Assembly (NCBI RefSeq): GCF_037042905.1
Contig: NC_087245.1
Coordinates: 14,138,001 to 14,202,000, forward strand
From: Lytechinus pictus
Taxonomy: Eukaryota
Direction: 5' to 3'
DNA length: 64,000 nucleotides
Shown here: in pieces, positions 63,525-64,000 of the stretch
Layout: each line of letters opens with the position of its first letter
Position numbering within the stretch: position 1 is the stretch's first letter
Position numbers and translations under genes: made by a program
Notes under the pieces: model-generated
Seen by the model: the letters and a program-made list of their open reading frames with translations, nothing else
Told to the model about the DNA's origin: nothing
The model's database searches: none

Positions 63525-63750
63525 AGTGCCGCTGCAACTCTTTATCAAGTGACGTTATCAGATAATTTTCGTCACTTGATAAAGAGTTGCAGCGGCACTC
63601 GAAAGCTTGTGAACTTGTAAGCTAGTGAACACTTTTTGCGAGAGTGATCACGAATTTCCTAGAAAGCTAGTGAACACTTTTTGCGAGAGTGATCACAAAT
63701 TTCCTTGTTGACCATAGTAGATTGTGAGACAAATGAATACCCTCTAGCGA
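63525..63750 (+). mobile_element. Penelope-like retroelement terminal-repeat remnant (inverted + direct repeats)
   Basis: Perfect 30-bp inverted repeat (63525-63554 / 63570-63599), a hammerhead-like motif, then a 42-bp tandem duplication (63619-63660, 63664-63705). 3' boundary approximate. Confidence 0.65.
63572..63612 (+). ncRNA. Minimal type I hammerhead ribozyme-like motif (U3-A8 variant)
   Basis: TCAC-TTGATAA-A-GAGT(tgcagcggc)ACTC-GAA-AGCT-T-GTGA: stem I TCAC/GTGA, core UUGAUAA...GAAA, stem II GAGT/ACTC, palindromic AGCT stem III. Confidence 0.6.
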
Positions 63751-64000
63751 TTAGATAGTAGTACTTTGTGGATTTTGTCTCAATAAAAAAATATTGTTAT
63801 TCCAATATTTATCAGCATGAAAAGGGTTGAACACATATATGTAACTAGGATCTCAACTAAAGTGATTTTTGTGAAATACAGGCAGATGAATAGAGTGTTC
63901 ATAAGATTAAAGTGGATGGAAGGTCTCAGATTCATTTTTTTAATGTTTGATAACACTTCGTGTGTGTTGGGTTTTTTGCCAGAGAAAATAAAGACTAAAA

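Overview
AT-rich, intron-dominated eukaryotic (metazoan) genomic DNA, not prokaryotic. The repeat landscape suggests an invertebrate such as an echinoderm, but that is inference. The + strand carries five phase-compatible GT-AG exons (541-642, 2722-2803, 3307-3394, 4895-5009, 15910-16147) of a Trio/kalirin (UNC-73)-family RhoGEF gene. They encode the end of the first PH domain, the Ser-rich linker ending ...SDK, and the first SH3 domain. No further canonical exon is recognisable in the remaining ~48 kb, which reads as one giant phase-1 intron. That intron holds candidate alternative last exons and candidate internal first exons, the best being MSGCMEWFWQTCYTGEE at 55314-55365. It also holds RFX X-box motifs, many non-autonomous DNA transposons/MITEs (two nested), a tRNA-derived SINE, an RTE-type LINE 3' end and microsatellites. 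Near 63.5 kb is a Penelope-like inverted repeat containing a minimal variant (U3-A8) hammerhead ribozyme fold. Almost all entries in the ORF track are spurious.
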